From: Mytilus edulis
Taxonomy: Eukaryota
Assembly (NCBI RefSeq): GCF_963676685.1
Contig: NC_092353.1
Span: 26,683,690 to 26,747,689, forward strand
Direction: 5' to 3'
DNA length: 64,000 nucleotides
Numbering within the stretch: position 1 is the first letter of the stretch; each line of letters opens with the position of its first letter. Under the pieces are notes generated by a model. That model searched no databases, was not told where the DNA came from, and worked only from the letters and a program-made list of their open reading frames with translations. Of this stretch, positions 36,906 through 49,059 are shown piece after piece. Made by a program: the position numbers and the translations under genes.

Positions 36906-37139
36906 ACAATGTAACACAATGTAACATAATCTAAAATATGTGATCAGTTTAAAATTCAGTCAAAGAAAGCAAATTTCTATTTGTCATTATCATAATTGTA
37001 AAGAGCTGAGAAAAACACTAAACAACAAAAAAAATTCATAATATTTTATAATTACAACAAATGGCATCTCTTTTAATTGATGGGAAATGTGTTAAGGAAC
37101 TGAGAATGAGTATTAATAGTTGAATATAATACGTGGAAA

Positions 37140-37330
37140 AAAATATATAAAGAAGATGATGTGGTGTAATTGCCAATCTCACAGCTCTTTCAAGAGACCA
37201 AAAATGACACAGAAATTAAAAGTCATCGTATGGCCTTCAACAATGAGTAAAGCCCATACAACATAGTCATCTATCAAAGACCCCAAAATCACTGATATAA
37301 AACAATTCAAAAGAAAACTAAGTAGCTTGA
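37140..37330 (+). mobile_element. Diverged family A SINE-like copy
   Basis: GATGTGGTGTAATTGCCAATCTCACAGCTCTTTCAAGAGACCAAAAATGACACAGAAATTAAAAGTCATCGTATGGCCTTCAACAATGAGTAAAGCCCATAC. Confidence 0.45.
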
Positions 37331-37529
37331 AGTCGTTCATCGACATACTATTTTAATTTTTTAGATACGACACACACGCTGGACAGATTTAAACACCAAA
37401 ATATAAGTTTCAGTGGCAAAACAGTTTTTTTCTTATACGAAAAAAATATTTAACTTTACATTATCGGTAGTATAGACAACAACAAAATAGACGGCAAATC
37501 AATGTTAAACAGTACCAAATAATGTTAAT

Positions 37530-37965
37530 TTACGTTTTCTGATTAAGTTAAGCCTTCCAATTGTTATTTTATCGTGTGTTTTTCTGTGTTGTGATGTTAT
37601 ACTATTGTTTCAGAAAAAGGGGGAGAAGGTTTGGTACCATTAAAACGTTTAATCCCGCTGCAAATGTTTGCACCTATCCTAAGTTAAGAGTCTGATGTAC
37701 AGTAGTTGTCGTTTGTTTATGTAATATTTATACGTGTTTCTCGTTTTTTGTTTTTTTACATAGATTAGACCGTTGGTTTTCCCGTTTGAATGGTTTTACA
37801 CTAGTAATTTTGGGGCCCTTTATAGCTTATTGTTCGGTGTGAGCCAAGGCTCCGTTTTGAAGGCCGTACATTGACCTATAATGGTATACTTTTATAAGTT
37901 GTTATTTGGATGGAGAGTTGTCTCATTGGCACTCACACCACATCTTCCGATGTCTATATAGCAAA
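37530..37965 (+). mobile_element. Family B SINE/MITE-like copy (full length)
   Basis: Collinear with 9815-10205 and 56285-56530. Ends in ...TTGGATGGAGAGTTGTCTCATTGGCACTCACACCACATCTTCC. Confidence 0.6.
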
Positions 37966-38004
37966 GAATCATCACAGTTTTGTCAGTTTTTATGGACCTC
38001 ACAT

Positions 38005-38092
38005 TTATTTATTTACCTCGGAGTTCAGAATATTTATTTACCTCGGAGTTCAGAATATTTATTTACCTCGGAGTTCAGAATATTTGTTATAC
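38005..38092. repeat. Three tandem copies of a 28-bp unit (TTTATTTACCTCGGAGTTCAGAATATTT)
   Basis: Direct reading at 38005-38092. Confidence 0.85.
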
Positions 38093-39021
38093 TTTTTCAA
38101 GTCCCATTTATAGCTTACAGAAATTACAATTACAGTAATAAGTGTATAGATAAATTTTGACAACAGTTCGTACCCTAGGATATTGGCGAATCAGTTCTGT
38201 TGTAGTTTCTTTTTAAACATAGTACATTTTATAATCCTGGTACCTTTGATAACTATTTATTTGTATATTTATAAACAATCATGTTCGACTTTCGTTGCAG
38301 GAAACAATACAAAGATGGTGGATCTGTCCTGTATAGGAATGGTGCTGAAATTTGTTTGTTAGTCACAAAGGACTGAAATACTTAAACGAATATTTTTTGT
38401 GTTATTAAAATTTGCTATTACAAAATGATAGAAATTATTATGAATTACGGAATGTATCTCCCTAATGCAAAGCTCTGATTCCTTTCACGGATTCGGCTAT
38501 ACTTTTAGGACCTTTTGGATTATAACTCCTAATCCTTTATATAAGCTTTGGATTTTAAATATTTTGGCCACGAGCATCACTGAAGAGACATGTATTGTCA
38601 AAATGCGCATCTGGTGCAGGAAAATTGGTACCGTTGATGTTATTAGATAATATAACGAGAGGTAACAAGAGAGCATACTAACATTTTGCATGCTTCTTCC
38701 GTAATAAATGGACGAATTCGTCCAATGTTTCTGATCTAATTAAAACATGATTTTGAAACAGCACTAATTTTTTTATACAAATATGTAAACCAAATCCGGA
38801 ATGTAAGAATATTAGTTCATGTTAGATGACAGGTTATTTACACAGTTACAATTGTTTTAACTTTACGGGTTTTATTAATCGTAACTTCATTTAAGATGAT
38901 TGATGGAATGACATCACTAACAGGACTTGCTAAAATGTGAAATAATGTTTACATATTTGAAAAGGTGTAATTCTATTGTTTAAGGTGATTTCCCTTCAGG
39001 AATTCTTCTGGCCAGTGAGCA

Positions 39022-39098
39022 AATGGCGTTGTCTGTTTATTTTCGATTGATGAATTTGACTGTTCCTGTTGTATCTTTCTCCCCTCTTTTATATTAGA
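39022..39098 (+). repeat. Fragment of the retroelement 3' tail
   Basis: GGCGTTGTCTGTTTATTTTCGATTGATGAATTTGACTGTTCCTGTTGTATCTTTCTCCCCTCTTTTAT. Confidence 0.5.
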
Positions 39099-39939
39099 TT
39101 TGTTTTAAAAGCTGTAAATCGGTAACGCTATCAACTTCAGTTTTCTTACAACCCCACTGAATTTATGTATGAGTATACTGTAGGCCATTTTGGACAAATT
39201 GTTTAAAAGTCATGAATCTATTTAAACAAATCCGGGTCACAAACCAAAAACAAAAAACAAAACAAAATTCTCTTGTTAATAAATAACATACCAGTTAAAT
39301 TTCCATCTTTACAGTTGTAATTGTTACTGATCTGTGACAATGTTATAGAATTAGAATTTCTCTCTAGATAGTAATTATAATAACGATTCATTTTGAAAGA
39401 AAACTTGAGTATGTAGATTTAAAGGTAAGAACTATGTGTTGTTGAACAGATCTTATGAACCTATTTGTTTGAAAAGTAAGAATTTAGCAAACTATACTAA
39501 GTTCTACCAACTTGATAATATAAATTTCTTACAAAAGTGAAATATGTTGTTTAAAAGTACTTCTAAATTTGATTATTTGAAGATGGGTAAAAGGGAATTA
39601 GCTACGAAGTTGACAAAAAAAATCATACTATTATAATGTTGTTCCAAACATGTATAAAAGCGAATCGTGAAATAAGATTTCGCTATAAGATAACAGTTTT
39701 AGTGTATGACAATCAAGAAAATTGCTTATTATACGATTGCACATGTTTATGTCTATGGCCTACAAAATTCTTCAGAGACCATCTCGATGGTAAATCATAT
39801 GACTTATATTCTAAAATATACACGAATTTATGATATATTGAAACAACTCGATAATGTTCAGAAAAGACATTTTTCTATCCTTATCAATGTTAAAATATTA
39901 TAAAAGCTTGTTATGCGGTATTGGTTTTGCTCATTTTTG

Positions 39940-40128
39940 TCAATAATTGTTTACTCTACGTCGTTAAGTCTCTGGTGGAGAGATGTCTTATCGGCAATCA
40001 TACCACATCTTCTTTTTTCTATATACTATAATTACTCAATAATTGCTTACTCTACGTCGTTAAGTCTCTGGTGGAGAGATATCTTATCAGCAATCATACC
40101 ATATCTTCTTTTTTTCTATATTCTATAA
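39940..40128. repeat. Tandem duplication (2 x ~93 bp) of an inverted family A head fragment
   Basis: The duplicated unit ...TTACTCTACGTCGTTAAGTCTCTGGTGGAGAGATGTCTTATCGGCAATCATACCACATCTTC... is the reverse complement of GAAGATGTGGTATGATTGCCGATAAGACATCTCTCCACC (the family A head). It explains the duplicated peptide in ORF 39913-40128. Confidence 0.7.
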
Positions 40129-40468
40129 TTACTCAATAAAACCAAGTACTAAAACTGCAATGGTGGCCTGTTTCTTGCATATTTTGGCGATAAACGGGAA
40201 ATAATGCATTTTAAACATAATTCAAATATAGAACGTTCATTCATAATGCCTTTTTTAGATGCATCCGATTTAGGTTGATTATAACATAAAAAGTATATGC
40301 TGTACGATTGCTTACCATCCACTAGAGACCCAATGAGGTGGATGTAAAAAAACAATGTTGGACATTTTTTCGCAAAATAAAATTCGTTTACAAGTAATCT
40401 CTTTACTTGTGGTAATAAATGATCCAAACAAAATAGTTTGCCGATTTGACTTTTTTGTCAGGACCAAC

Positions 40469-40611
40469 ATGAATTACGACAAGCTTCTAATGAAGATTGG
40501 CGAGTTTGGCCGTTTTCAGAAACGCATGCTGGCTCTGTTATTGATTCCTCCGTTTTTGGATCCAATGACGTCATACATGCTGACATTTATACTTGGAGAT
40601 CATAAGCACAG
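40469..40611 (+). CDS. SLC22 copy 2 exon 1 (donor dinucleotide is AT, not GT)
   Basis: ATG at 40469. Peptide MNYDKLLMKIGEFGRFQKRMLALLLIPPFLDPMTSYMLTFILGDHKH. It is followed by GATAAGT. Confidence 0.55.
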
Positions 40612-41365
40612 ATAAGTTGTTTTTCAATCGGAATGCTAGACAACAATACGCAATAAAACAATAAGGCTTATTGACCCAACAATAAATTACTGATAATTAC
40701 AATACGCGATACACTACAGAAAAAGAATTGCTATTAATTAAAAACGTAATAATTGTATATGCCGTAGTGATATCCGGTAATCTGGTGTAGGTAATGTTTG
40801 TTAAGTAAGTTGTCCTGTTACATTTAAAACGTTTCTAATTAATTCGCCATTATCTTTGTTCCTTTATAAATCGACATTGAAGACTATTTTTAACAGCTGA
40901 TTCTATGACAAAGAAAATGCTGATTGATCTTTCATTGTAAACATCTGAATATGAGGTCATGACACTTCCCTTCCAAAAAACGGTTCGATAACGCGTTACG
41001 AAAATACGTAAAAAGCCACCAAAAATAGGGGAAATTGTACAGAGGTACATCTTGTTGAGCGGTTGAGAAACGATCCAATTGTTATTTTTCTGACTTTTAA
41101 AGAAGAAGAAAAGAGAGAGAAAATACCAAGAGGCAATCAAAAACTAAAATGTCGAATAGAGAGAAAACAGGCAACAACATAGAAATGGCTTGTTTTTATT
41201 GTCTCAATTTTGAGAAAATATTTAAAATAATAGCATTTTAAAAATATGTCTGCTGAGACCTTAGGCTAAACGAAGATTTTAATTTTATATGATAATGCGA
41301 ATTGCATATGGATTTATTTGAAAATCTTTCCTGCAAAAATTGATTCATTTGTCAATATAATGCAG

Positions 41366-41522
41366 ATGCCAAATGACAAACACCATGGTGGATCCATTTA
41401 ACAGCACTGTTAATATGGCTGCTAACATTTCTGAATCTTTTGTATATCAAAACGGTAGTACAACAGCCTGTAATGAGTGGGTCTACGATCAAAGTCAGTA
41501 CAAATCTACACTTATTTCAACA
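41366..41522 (+). CDS. SLC22 copy 2 exon 2
   Basis: Acceptor TAATGCAG|A. Peptide (R)CQMTNTMVDPFNSTVNMAANISESFVYQNGSTTACNEWVYDQSQYKSTLIST. Donor ACA|GTAAGT. Confidence 0.6.
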
Positions 41523-41599
41523 GTAAGTATAGCGTACAACTAACTTAAGATTTTCTTCTTTTCGGCTGCCGTCATTCTAATTCAGTGTGTGTGTGGGGT

Positions 41600-41617
41600 G
41601 GGGGGGGGGGGGGGGGG
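41600..41617 (+). other. G18 homopolymer inside a G-rich block (41588-41635) in intron 2 of SLC22 copy 2. It is homologous to the G4 motif at 27742-27769.
   Basis: GTGTGTGTGGGGTGGGGGGGGGGGGGGGGGGTGTGGGGTAGAGGGGGAAAC. The flanking GTCATTCTA(T/A)TTCA sequence aligns between the two introns. Confidence 0.7.
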
Positions 41618-41689
41618 TGTGGGGTAGAGGGGGAAACTTCTTTTGCCCAGTTTGTCTTGCAATTAAAAAAAATATTTAATGTGGCATGA

Positions 41690-41960
41690 TTGCCAATGAG
41701 GTAACTCTCCTTCCATGCCACAATGTATAAAAAGTTAAAAATTATAGATCAAAGTATGGCCTTTAACTAGTAATCTTGGCTTACACCGAACAGCAAGCTA
41801 ATATGGACCCAAAAATGATCAGTCTAAAGCCATTCAAAAGATCTATCTGGTCTTTATATAAAAAAATCGAAAGACAAGAATAACTATATATATATCCACA
41901 CCAGCAAACGACAACCACTGAACAACAGGATCCCGACTTAGGAAAGTTACATACAAATGC
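41690..41960 (+). mobile_element. Family A SINE-like copy in intron 2 of copy 2
   Basis: GATTGCCAATGAGGTAACTCTCCTTCCATGCCACAATGTATAAAAAGTTAAAAATTATAGATCAAAGTATGGCCTTTAAC... Confidence 0.5.
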
Positions 41961-42153
41961 AGCGGGTTTAAATGCTGAATAACAAACGATAATGTACGCT
42001 AAAAAATGCAGTCAATGAAAACAATAACACAAAGCGTGTTAACCAAGTAATATGCTAACAACACAACAGGCTTATTTGTACATAAGTATTTCACATTCAA
42101 GTTGTTGGTTACAGTTTGTGCCGGAAAATTATTCACGCATTACCATTTTTCAG

Positions 42154-42256
42154 TTTATATGGTATGCGACAACAAATTTGTAAGAAGTCACACGATGCTT
42201 TTTCATTATATTGGACTTTTTTGTGGTGCTATGACATATGGAATGTTTTCCGACAC
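42154..42256 (+). CDS. SLC22 copy 2 exon 3 (1-nt deletion relative to copy 1, so frameshifted if spliced as in copy 1)
   Basis: The conserved frame reads (Y)MVCDNKFVRSHTMLFHYIGLFCGAMTYGMFSD, but it is 1 nt out of phase with the acceptor CAG|TTTATATGG. Confidence 0.5.
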
Positions 42257-42719
42257 GTACGTATGCATACACGTCAATCGACAATCGTATAGAGTACACA
42301 AAAATTGAAAAATAGCCGACAGCATGGCAAAAAAAGAAAACAAAGACACAAAAGGAAACAAAACAAAGGTCCTTTAAAAACAAATCATTAACAACACAAA
42401 ACCTTCCGAACTTCCAAGAAGGTTTGCACCTATAGTGACATACGTCGTAGGGCTATCTGATGACAAGCCTCATTTGTTCTTCATCAGCCACATACAGCGA
42501 AGAAAAAAATATAACAGGATAACATTTTTAATAATTATGTATCTAAGAGTAGTTTTGAGATTTCAAATAATAGTACTGAAATATGAATTTTTGTCTGTCT
42601 AATTTGAAATAATAACGACATAATCATATTTGAAGATTTAGAATCAAAATGCTAATGGTGTATTGTCTCTAGAGTGAAATCTTTGAGCCACACTAATTAT
42701 CGCAGATATTATAAGAATA

Positions 42720-43215
42720 AGATGATATATTATAATTGGCAATGATACAACAATCCACCAGAGACTAAATAACATAGAAGTTTACAACTATAGGTCACAC
42801 TACGTTTTTCAACAATAAACAAAACACATACTCCATAGGTATTTATACATTCCCCTAAATGACAAATGTAAACAACTGAGAAAACTAACGGCCTGGTTTA
42901 TGTTCAAAACAATGAAGATAACATAAATAGGATATACAGTAAACAAACAAAAAACCCTGAATTACAGGTTCTGACTTGGTACATACACATACAGAATATA
43001 GCGAGGTTAAACATGTTTGGAGGCCCCACACTCTCCCCTAACCTTGGACAGTGGAGGAACAGAAAACATAAGAACAAACTTATAAAAAAAAAGCAGTTGA
43101 AAAGAGTTTAAAATCGATCAAAAGCAGAAACATGATTTAGAAAAGCATAGATCGGACGTGGCAGGGTTTTTATACATCCCACTATACAAAATTTACAGGT
43201 TACAAATCTGAGAAT
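42720..43215 (+). mobile_element. Family A SINE-like copy in intron 3 of copy 2
   Basis: TTGGCAATGATACAACAATCCACCAGAGACTAAATAACATAGAAGTTTACAACTATAGGTCACAC ... TCTGAGAATACTCTCAGTTACTGAC. Confidence 0.55.
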
Positions 43216-43649
43216 ACTCTCAGTTACTGACAATGAATTTGAAGCCAATAACATCTACTGAAAAATTATATATCTACGACTTAAATATCAATCAGTGCAC
43301 ATCCAACATCCAATGAATTTAGTGCAAAGACGTCTTTAGCAGTTCGAGAAAAACATGACCTTATGCAATATCAAATTACAGGTGTCGACAGATTGTAGAG
43401 CTGTGAATATGCATATTCATATAACCATACTTTTTTTCTTTGGTTTTAATTTACAGGATAGCAAAATCAAAATTTTTACCAATAAAAACAACATTTAAAG
43501 ACCTAATAACATTGTTGAATTAATAACATTTTCGCATGAATTAATTTAAAGGATCGGTACGTTTACCGGGATAGGTATACAACATTTCCGTAAGAATTAG
43601 AGTGTATGTCCTATCCTGTATGAACTTACTGTATATAAAAATAAAAGGA

Positions 43650-43990
43650 AGATGGGGTATGATTCCCAATGGAACAACTCTCCACAATGACACAGAAATT
43701 AACAATTTAAGGTTAGCATACGGCCTTCGACAAGAGCAAAGCCAATAACGCATTATCCGCATTAAAAGTCCCAATCCTGAAAACTGTAAATCAAGTCAAA
43801 TGAGAAAAGTTACGGCCTAATTAGTGATCCAAAAACTGAACAAAAAACAAATATGTAACATAGCAACAATTGATAACCACTGAATTACAGGAATTTGGCT
43901 TGGGACAGGCACATACATATAGAATGTAAATAGGCTAAACGTGTAAGGTGGATCCCAATCCTCCCCTTATCTAGAACAGTGGTGTTACAA
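43650..43990 (+). mobile_element. Additional family A SINE-like copy in intron 3 of copy 2, with no counterpart in copy 1
   Basis: GATGGGGTATGATTCCCAATGGAACAACTCTCCACAATGACACAGAAATTAACAATTTAAGGTTAGCATACGGCCTTCGACAAGAGCAAAGCC... Confidence 0.5.
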
Positions 43991-44488
43991 TACATTATAA
44001 GTATTAAAAACCAATTGAACAAACAGCCAATAACAAATAATAAAAAAAAAATCATGCGTCTAAGACTAAGTTATCATACAATAGACATCCAACATCCAAT
44101 GGATTAAGTGTAAAGACGTCATAATGATATTTGGCAGGAAGTTCAATTGGCATAGGTACATTTATTTCCATTGAGACCAATTGGCGCTGCAATCTACTCG
44201 ATTGTCTATTGTCTTTGAAACGTTTGCATAGTTAACAGATTTGAGTGCTTTTTAATTTTTGTATTACGTTGCCGAAATGACACTCAGGCGAAACAAATCA
44301 CTGCGTTAACACTTTTAAAAATATGACTGATTACATCAAGATTATATCCCGTCTCTATCAACTTAATAAGCGATTTTCTTTGGATTATAAGTTTCTTAAA
44401 TAAATCCACTAGAAGAAACATACTGTTCAAGATGGTTTTTTTTATTTGATAACAAACTCACACACAATATATTATTTTTCTAATTCAG

Positions 44489-44643
44489 ATTAGGTAGGCA
44501 ACCTGTTTTGACAACAGCGCTTATAGGAATGATGTTACCAAATTTAATAAGGTCTTTTGTTTCGTCTCTTCCACTTGTTGGTTTCCTGATTTTTGCAAAC
44601 GGTTATTTCAGCATGCTTGTGTATGATACAGGTTATATTCTAG
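44489..44643 (+). CDS. SLC22 copy 2 exon 4
   Basis: Acceptor TAATTCAG|A. Peptide (T)LGRQPVLTTALIGMMLPNLIRSFVSSLPLVGFLIFANGYFSMLVYDTGYIL. Donor TAG|GTATGC. Confidence 0.6.
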
Positions 44644-44861
44644 GTATGCTGTTTATATCTTATACCATAATTATATGTGATTAGTGGGGATATGTTTTAA
44701 TGTTAACTAAACGGAAACATGACAACGAATTTGAAGACTAAAAAAAATTGACAGTCAAAATTGATTCTATTTTTAATGAAGCATTGCAATTACAGTTAGC
44801 GAAAATAATAAATTTGCTATTCTCATTTGGAATAATTCAGCTTTACGTCAATTGTTAACAA

Positions 44862-46420
44862 AAAGAGTGAAAAAAGATACCAGAGGAACAGTCAAACTCA
44901 TAAATCGAAAATAAACAGACAACGCCATGGCTAAAATGAAAAAGACTAATAATAGTAAACATGACGGAAGGGAAAGCAGATCCTGCTCCACATGTGGCAT
45001 CCGTAGTGTTGATCATGCTATAACAAATCCGGTAAATAGTCTAAATTGGTAGGTCACATTCATGATAGGGAAGGGGCTTGTAGTTACGACGTAAGGAACA
45101 TATCCGATATCATCTGTGAAACGATTATTCCATAACGGTCAACCAACTCGTGATGGCGTCCGTAAAATTTACGAAGGGATGATTTCAACTTCACTATTTG
45201 GAACTCTTGGTTTAATAGCTTCCTTGTAAATAACAACCTTCTTTCAAGAAAATCATGATAGGAAATACAAGCACGGGAATATCGTATCAATTGGGAGATA
45301 TATACCCCGTATGCAGGTGCTGCTGGAATGTTGCTACTGAGAAATGAAAAGTTCACAATTAGAAAACTGAAATCATATCTTTTGTCGTAAAGTTTATTTT
45401 CAACCGACCCTCATTGTCAATTTAAAGATGTATGTCAAGTTATGAGGCCGACTTAGTTGTATCTATTGTATCATTTATCTCTAGTTCGATGGTATACATG
45501 CGTTTAACATAGTCACCAATTTTTAATTATTTAGTGAGAGAACATCATCTATATATCGGAAAGTAAAGTAAAAGGATATTGCTAACTTCTTATCTTTCTT
45601 CCTAAGAAGTTCCTGTATAAAGTCAGCCTTATAATAATAAAGAACTAAATCGACAAGAAGAGAGGCACAATTGGTTCCCTTTGGAATGCCGGCAATCTGT
45701 TGAAAAAAACGCCATCCGAACGTAACAAATATGTTTTCAATCAAAAAATGAAGCATCTTGATAATGTCAGTTTCAGAGAATTTTTTGTTTGAAATCAGAG
45801 TGATCCTTTACAAAGTAGGATTTATCCCCCCCTAAGACAAGATACTTGTATCTACGTTGGCCATTCTTTTTAAGGAAGCAAAGCAATACCAACGCTTTCA
45901 ATTTGTCTTTAAGTTTGGAATGCGGAATACTTGTGTAAAGTGTAGAAAAGTCAAATGTTTTAATACTATTGCAAGATGAAAGAGAGTTAGATCGCATGTA
46001 CTCTAAAAGATCTTTAGAAGTTTTTAGTATTCACATCTGATTTACACCACCTCTAGAATAGGCAGTTTCTCAATAACTTTGAAGCCCGGCTTAGATTATT
46101 GATAAAATTGATGTTAATAATTTAGAAAGAGGTTTGATGGAGCACTTGGAACACCTAGCAATATACCGTTGTTTGTAAGGACACTTATTTAGTTTAGGTA
46201 TCAAGTACACTGATGGAATATCCAGTTCTTCGTCTTTGGTTGAAATTCCAAAGGAAGATAGAACAGACCCTTGCTTATCCAGGATTTCCTCTTTGGTTAG
46301 ATGTTGTTTGGGGCTTTATCTGCGGGGACAACAACATATTTGTCGTGGAGATAGAATAACTGTGTTTGCAACATTTAGGTCTTAAAGATAGACCCATTCA
46401 GTTTCTTAATTCTAATTTGT
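44862..46420 (-). mobile_element. 5'-truncated reverse-transcriptase retroelement (Penelope-like/unclassified). The RT domain is degraded by frameshifts. It is inserted in intron 4 of SLC22 copy 2 and absent from copy 1.
   Basis: Minus-strand ORFs in 5'-to-3' order: 45997-45773 (...SIKTFDFSTLYTSIPHSKL..., resembling the Penelope RT motif D..SL(F/Y)T.IP), 45756-45523 (...FQQIAGIPKGTNCASLLVDLVLYYY...FRYIDDVL with the YxDD catalytic motif), and 45356-45084 (IPAAPAYGVYISQLIRYSR...LRKFYGRHHELVDRYGIIVSQMISDMF). A 3' tail at 45080-44862 ends in ...GAGTTTGACTGTTCCTCTGGTATCTTTTTTCACTC. The homology between copy 1 intron 4 and copy 2 intron 4 is interrupted exactly at 44860 and 46422. Confidence 0.65.
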
Positions 46421-46517
46421 ATCAACAACCTCACAGTAACAGTTCAAAATATGTAGGATATAAATATGTTTTGTACATATAAATGATATGCATCTGTTTA
46501 AATGTTTTTCGTTCTAG

Positions 46518-46690
46518 CTACTGAATTGGTCGATTCATCTAAAAGAGTGTTCGCAAACTTTGCCTATTATTTCTCCTTCTGTATTGGAGAATACGTGCTG
46601 GTAATACTTGCCTACTTTATCAGGGATTGGCGTATTCTGGGCTGGTCAACATCAATAGTTGTTGGCATATTTCTCACCTCATTACTGTAT
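46518..46690 (+). CDS. SLC22 copy 2 exon 5
   Basis: Peptide (A)TELVDSSKRVFANFAYYFSFCIGEYVLVILAYFIRDWRILGWSTSIVVGIFLTSLLY. Overlaps ORF 46502-46711. Confidence 0.6.
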
Positions 46691-47038
46691 GTAGATAGTT
46701 ATCAAGTATAATCATAGCAACTCAATAGATTTATTTTAAATGCAATAAAATAATAAAAATACTTTGGACAATTTATGGAAACGACAGGATATGGCAAAAC
46801 ATTTCAAGAATTTACATGTGTTTTAATTATGATTAAATATAGGCAGAATTGACATTAAAGATCTATTTTAACCGAAAAAAGTTTTAACAAAAATATTGTT
46901 AAAGAAACCAGACGAAAGTGCGTTTCGTCTAAAAATTCTAATCAACAGCGAACATAATTCTTAGCCCCTCACACGATTTTCTCTAAGAAATGTAACTCAT
47001 TATATTTAGAAATACATGTACTATATTTCAGATTCCAG

Positions 47039-47256
47039 AAAGAGTCGGCACGATGGCTGATAGCGAAGGGGAAATTATCGAGAGCTGAAATGATTCTAAA
47101 GGATATTGCAAAAGAAAATAATGCTAATTTTGACATTGACATTCAGAAAATTAAGTTTGATGAAAAACATGAAAAGGTTGCATTTTGTACAGTCGTCGGA
47201 GAGCTTTTCAAGTCAAAAATTCTAACCTTTCGATTAGCTATTTTTATGTTTAATTG
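47039..47256 (+). CDS. SLC22 copy 2 exon 6
   Basis: Peptide KESARWLIAKGKLSRAEMILKDIAKENNANFDIDIQKIKFDEKHEKVAFCTVVGELFKSKILTFRLAIFMFN(W). Donor TTG|GTAAGT. Confidence 0.6.
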
Positions 47257-48071
47257 GTAAGTATTTTGAAACAATAACCTATACACGTTTATAAATTAGT
47301 AAGTACATCATTATTGGCAGCTATATTTCGGAGTATTTTATAAAACAATGCCTTATGATGACAGCATAGAAGTTTGAATTATTGTTGAACGTCTGGTGAC
47401 ATTTTTATATTTGACCGGCATCCGTAGACGGATATTCAATGTGCTATTTAACAAGCTAAAAGCTAGCAGATGGACATGTTACCATACCCAGGCACATATT
47501 TATAACTTCGAACCAATCAGTCTGTTCTCACTAATTGCGGACGCATATTTGGCAGGGAGGTAGCTAAAAGGTCAAGGCTTTCATTTGAAACTACCAGAAA
47601 TCGAGCACACTATATCAAACACTTAAGGCAATCATTCTACCACGATACCAAGTGGTGTATTCATTTTATGACGTGCCCAAGCAAAGCAATTTCTACTCAA
47701 TAATGGTATTAATCATATATTATACTATTATTTAATGCATTTGAACGATTGATGGATAGTTATAGGCAATCATATCACATCTTGTTTTTATATAAAAAGT
47801 TACAAAATATGCACAGATTGAACAATGGTATTTACATGCCAGTTTCCAGCAGTTTCCATTAATGCTGTTCAGACAAAAGGCACAATGTAGATGTAGCTGT
47901 AAAAACAATTATAATTGACGGAGTTGGCATTTCTCCTCACACCAGCAACACGTATTTGATAACTTAATTTTTAGTATATTGATTTACCTTTAACAGGGGA
48001 AACCGAACAAAAAGTTATTTAACAAATGAAAATATGATATATAAAACATATCTGAAAGGAATAGCTAAATA

Positions 48072-48200
48072 AAGGCAACAGTAGTATACCGCTGTTCAAA
48101 ACTCATAAATCCATGGACAAAAAACAAAATCGGGGTAACAAACTAAAACCGAGGGAAACGCATTAAATATAAGAGGAGAACAACGTACACATTCTCAAGT
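48072..48200 (+). repeat. Interspersed repeat family C copy in intron 6 of copy 2
   Basis: AAAGGCAACAGTAGTATACCGCTGTTCAAAACTCATAAATCCATGGACAAAAAACAAAATCGGGGTAACAAACTAAAACCGAGGGAAACGCATTAAATATAAGAGGAGAACAACG. Confidence 0.6.
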
Positions 48201-48458
48201 TAACAGGGAATCACTGACGTATTCGAGATCGCTTTAAAGTTGAACAATGCATGTGTTATAAAATTTAACGTGTACGTTTAATAATATTATGCTTCAAATT
48301 TTCTAAAAAAATGATTGTGAGAGAAAGTATGATGAAATAATAAACTGTATTTTATATACTGTTTTTGACATTGGTAATTGTTTGTTTGGTACAAAATTTA
48401 TTAGTACACTTTCTTCTGTTATGGTGAAAATGTAGCTTAATATCAAATTGTTTTACAG

Positions 48459-48685
48459 GTTTTCAATAAGTATAACTTATTTAGGGATCACAATGACAGT
48501 TGGTAACTTAGGTGGGGATGTCTATGTGAGTTATTTAAGATCCACGTCAGCTGAAGTAATAGCCTTATTCATATGTCTTTATGTGGTGGAAAGACTTGGA
48601 AGAAAGAAAATATTCAGTTCTTCTATGTTAATTTGTGGCACTGGTTGTCTGTGTACAATATTTTCATCTTTGTACGGTGTTCCAT
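48459..48685 (+). CDS. SLC22 copy 2 exon 7
   Basis: Peptide (W)FSISITYLGITMTVGNLGGDVYVSYLRSTSAEVIALFICLYVVERLGRKKIFSSSMLICGTGCLCTIFSSLYGVP. Overlaps ORF 48448-48693. Confidence 0.65.
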
Positions 48686-49059
48686 GTAAGTAGTATGTAA
48701 AACACTTTTAACAAGCTTGTATATGATGGTGGTATTTACCAATACCCGGCCGATTCCACTGCTGGTCGAGTTTTATTCCTCTAGGGAATCACCAGTCCAG
48801 TAGTCAGCACTTCTGTATTGACACGAATTATCATTGATACTCGTATGATCATAAATCTAAATTAACTGTTTACAAAACTTTCAATTCTTGATTAAACATT
48901 TGGTCCGAATTTGTATTATAAAGTTTATAGATTCGCCGTATATCAGTCACGAGCATATGCACACGTTAATCAACGATGTGGTGGAAGTGGTAAATAAACT
49001 CATCATAGATACCAGGATTATAATTTTGTATATGCTTTTGGCAAACAATTGAGTTTACA

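Noticed and set aside
45084-45356. The C-terminal RT-element ORF (IPAAPAYGVYISQLIRYSRAC...) as a GIY-YIG endonuclease
   Set aside because: GVY..Q..RYSR superficially recalls GIY...YIG, but the spacing and the downstream Arg/Glu/Asn catalytic residues do not fit. I leave the element as Penelope-like/unclassified rather than assert an endonuclease domain.
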